Shown in pieces: positions 63,355-64,000 of a stretch of 64,000 bases of DNA. The notes under the pieces are model-generated. The model worked only from the letters and a program-made list of their open reading frames with translations, was not told where the DNA came from and searched no databases. A program made the position numbers and the translations under genes. Each line of letters starts with the position of its first letter. Positions within the stretch are counted from its first letter, which is position 1. This stretch comes from Bacteroidales bacterium (GTDB lineage: Bacteria > Bacteroidota > Bacteroidia > Bacteroidales > FEN-979), in assembly GCA_028706295.1 (NCBI GenBank), contig JAQWBQ010000005.1:11395-75394 (forward strand), written 5' to 3'.

Positions 63355-64000
63355 ATGAACGTTGACGCGCTTGATCCCAGGGATTACATCATCATAAAAG
63401 GTGCACGGGTAAACAATCTAAAGAATATCAGCCTTGCCATTCCACGGAATAAATTCATTGTAATCACGGGATTATCCGGGAGCGGAAAATCCTCGCTGGC
63501 ATTCGACACGCTGTATGCCGATGGCCAGCGGCGATATGTTGAGAGTCTCAGCGCCTACGCCCGTCAGTTTCTGGGAAGGATGAGCAAACCCGACGTTGAA
63601 TACATCAAGGGTATCTCACCAGCTGTAGCCATTGAACAAAAGGTAAATTCCCAGAATCCGCGTTCAACTGTCGGGACTTCGACGGAGATCTATGAATACC
63701 TGAAACTTTTGTTTGCGCGTATCGGAAAGACATACGCACCGGTTTCAGGCTCCCAGGTCAGGCGGGATACAGTTACCGACGTTGTCGATTTTATCACCGC
63801 GCTTCCGGATGATTCCGCGATCACCATTTTTGCACCGTTAGACCGGGCCATTGTTAACGGAGACCTGGAGGCCAAGTGCAATGTTCTTCTTCAGCAGGGA
63901 TTCACGAGAATCTTATTGGATGGGGATATCCTCCGGATTGATGAAATCCCGGATAAAAAGAAGAAAAAATTCAGGGAATTATACGTAGTGGTCGACCGAT
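63355..64000 (+). CDS. uvrA: Excinuclease ABC subunit A, N-terminal part (runs off the window)
   Basis: My translation is MNVDALDPRDYIIIKGARVNNLKNISLAIPRNKFIVITGLSGSGKSSLAFDTLYADGQRRYVESLSAYARQFLG. It is absent from the ORF track because there is no stop codon in the window. Confidence 0.9.
   Translation, partial: MNVDALDPRDYIIIKGARVNNLKNISLAIPRNKFIVITGLSGSGKSSLAFDTLYADGQRRYVESLSAYARQFLGRMSKPDVEYIKGISPAVAIEQKVNSQNPRSTVGTSTEIYEYLKLLFARIGKTYAPVSGSQVRRDTVTDVVDFITALPDDSAITIFAPLDRAIVNGDLEAKCNVLLQQGFTRILLDGDILRIDEIPDKKKKKFRELYVVVDR

Overview
This 64-kb chromosomal segment most likely comes from an anaerobic member of the Bacteroidota. Supporting evidence: many genes are preceded by TAnnTTTG -7 promoter boxes, there are almost no Shine-Dalgarno sites, and the window has a PorQ-like T9SS gene, DUF3276/DUF5683/DUF721-type genes and a FISUMP-domain protein.

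Positions 1-26.3 kb and 55.9-64 kb are ordinary housekeeping genes: tpx, tRNA-Leu, tig-clpP-clpX, an E2 acyltransferase, recF, ispH, nusB, parAB, dapB, lepB, ftsK, lolA, a split transketolase, truA, ribF, trmD, rplS, an ECF sigma factor and uvrA.

The central ~30 kb (26.3-55.9 kb) is the notable part. It is a hydrogen/redox super-locus with three separate NuoE/NuoF/HydA-type [FeFe]-hydrogenase operons. It also carries three paralogous HydS-like (sensory-type, degenerate H-cluster) proteins, each wired to a different output:
- S1 has no output domain and sits among DRTGG, GHKL-ATPase and PHP genes.
- S2 has a PAS domain and sits next to a PP2C phosphatase.
- S3 is fused to a histidine kinase and is followed by an orphan receiver, a REC-kinase hybrid and a Rex repressor.

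Rex-type operators (TTGTGAA-N4-TTCACAA and close variants) lie upstream of all three hydrogenase operons.

Other observations: a non-canonical HydA (TSCSP instead of TSCCP) paired with a minimal NuoF-like subunit; a family of G-poor short-period repeat spacers inserted inside three operons; and a His/Asp-repeat tail on trigger factor.

All calls rest on motif and synteny recognition by eye. No database search was possible.
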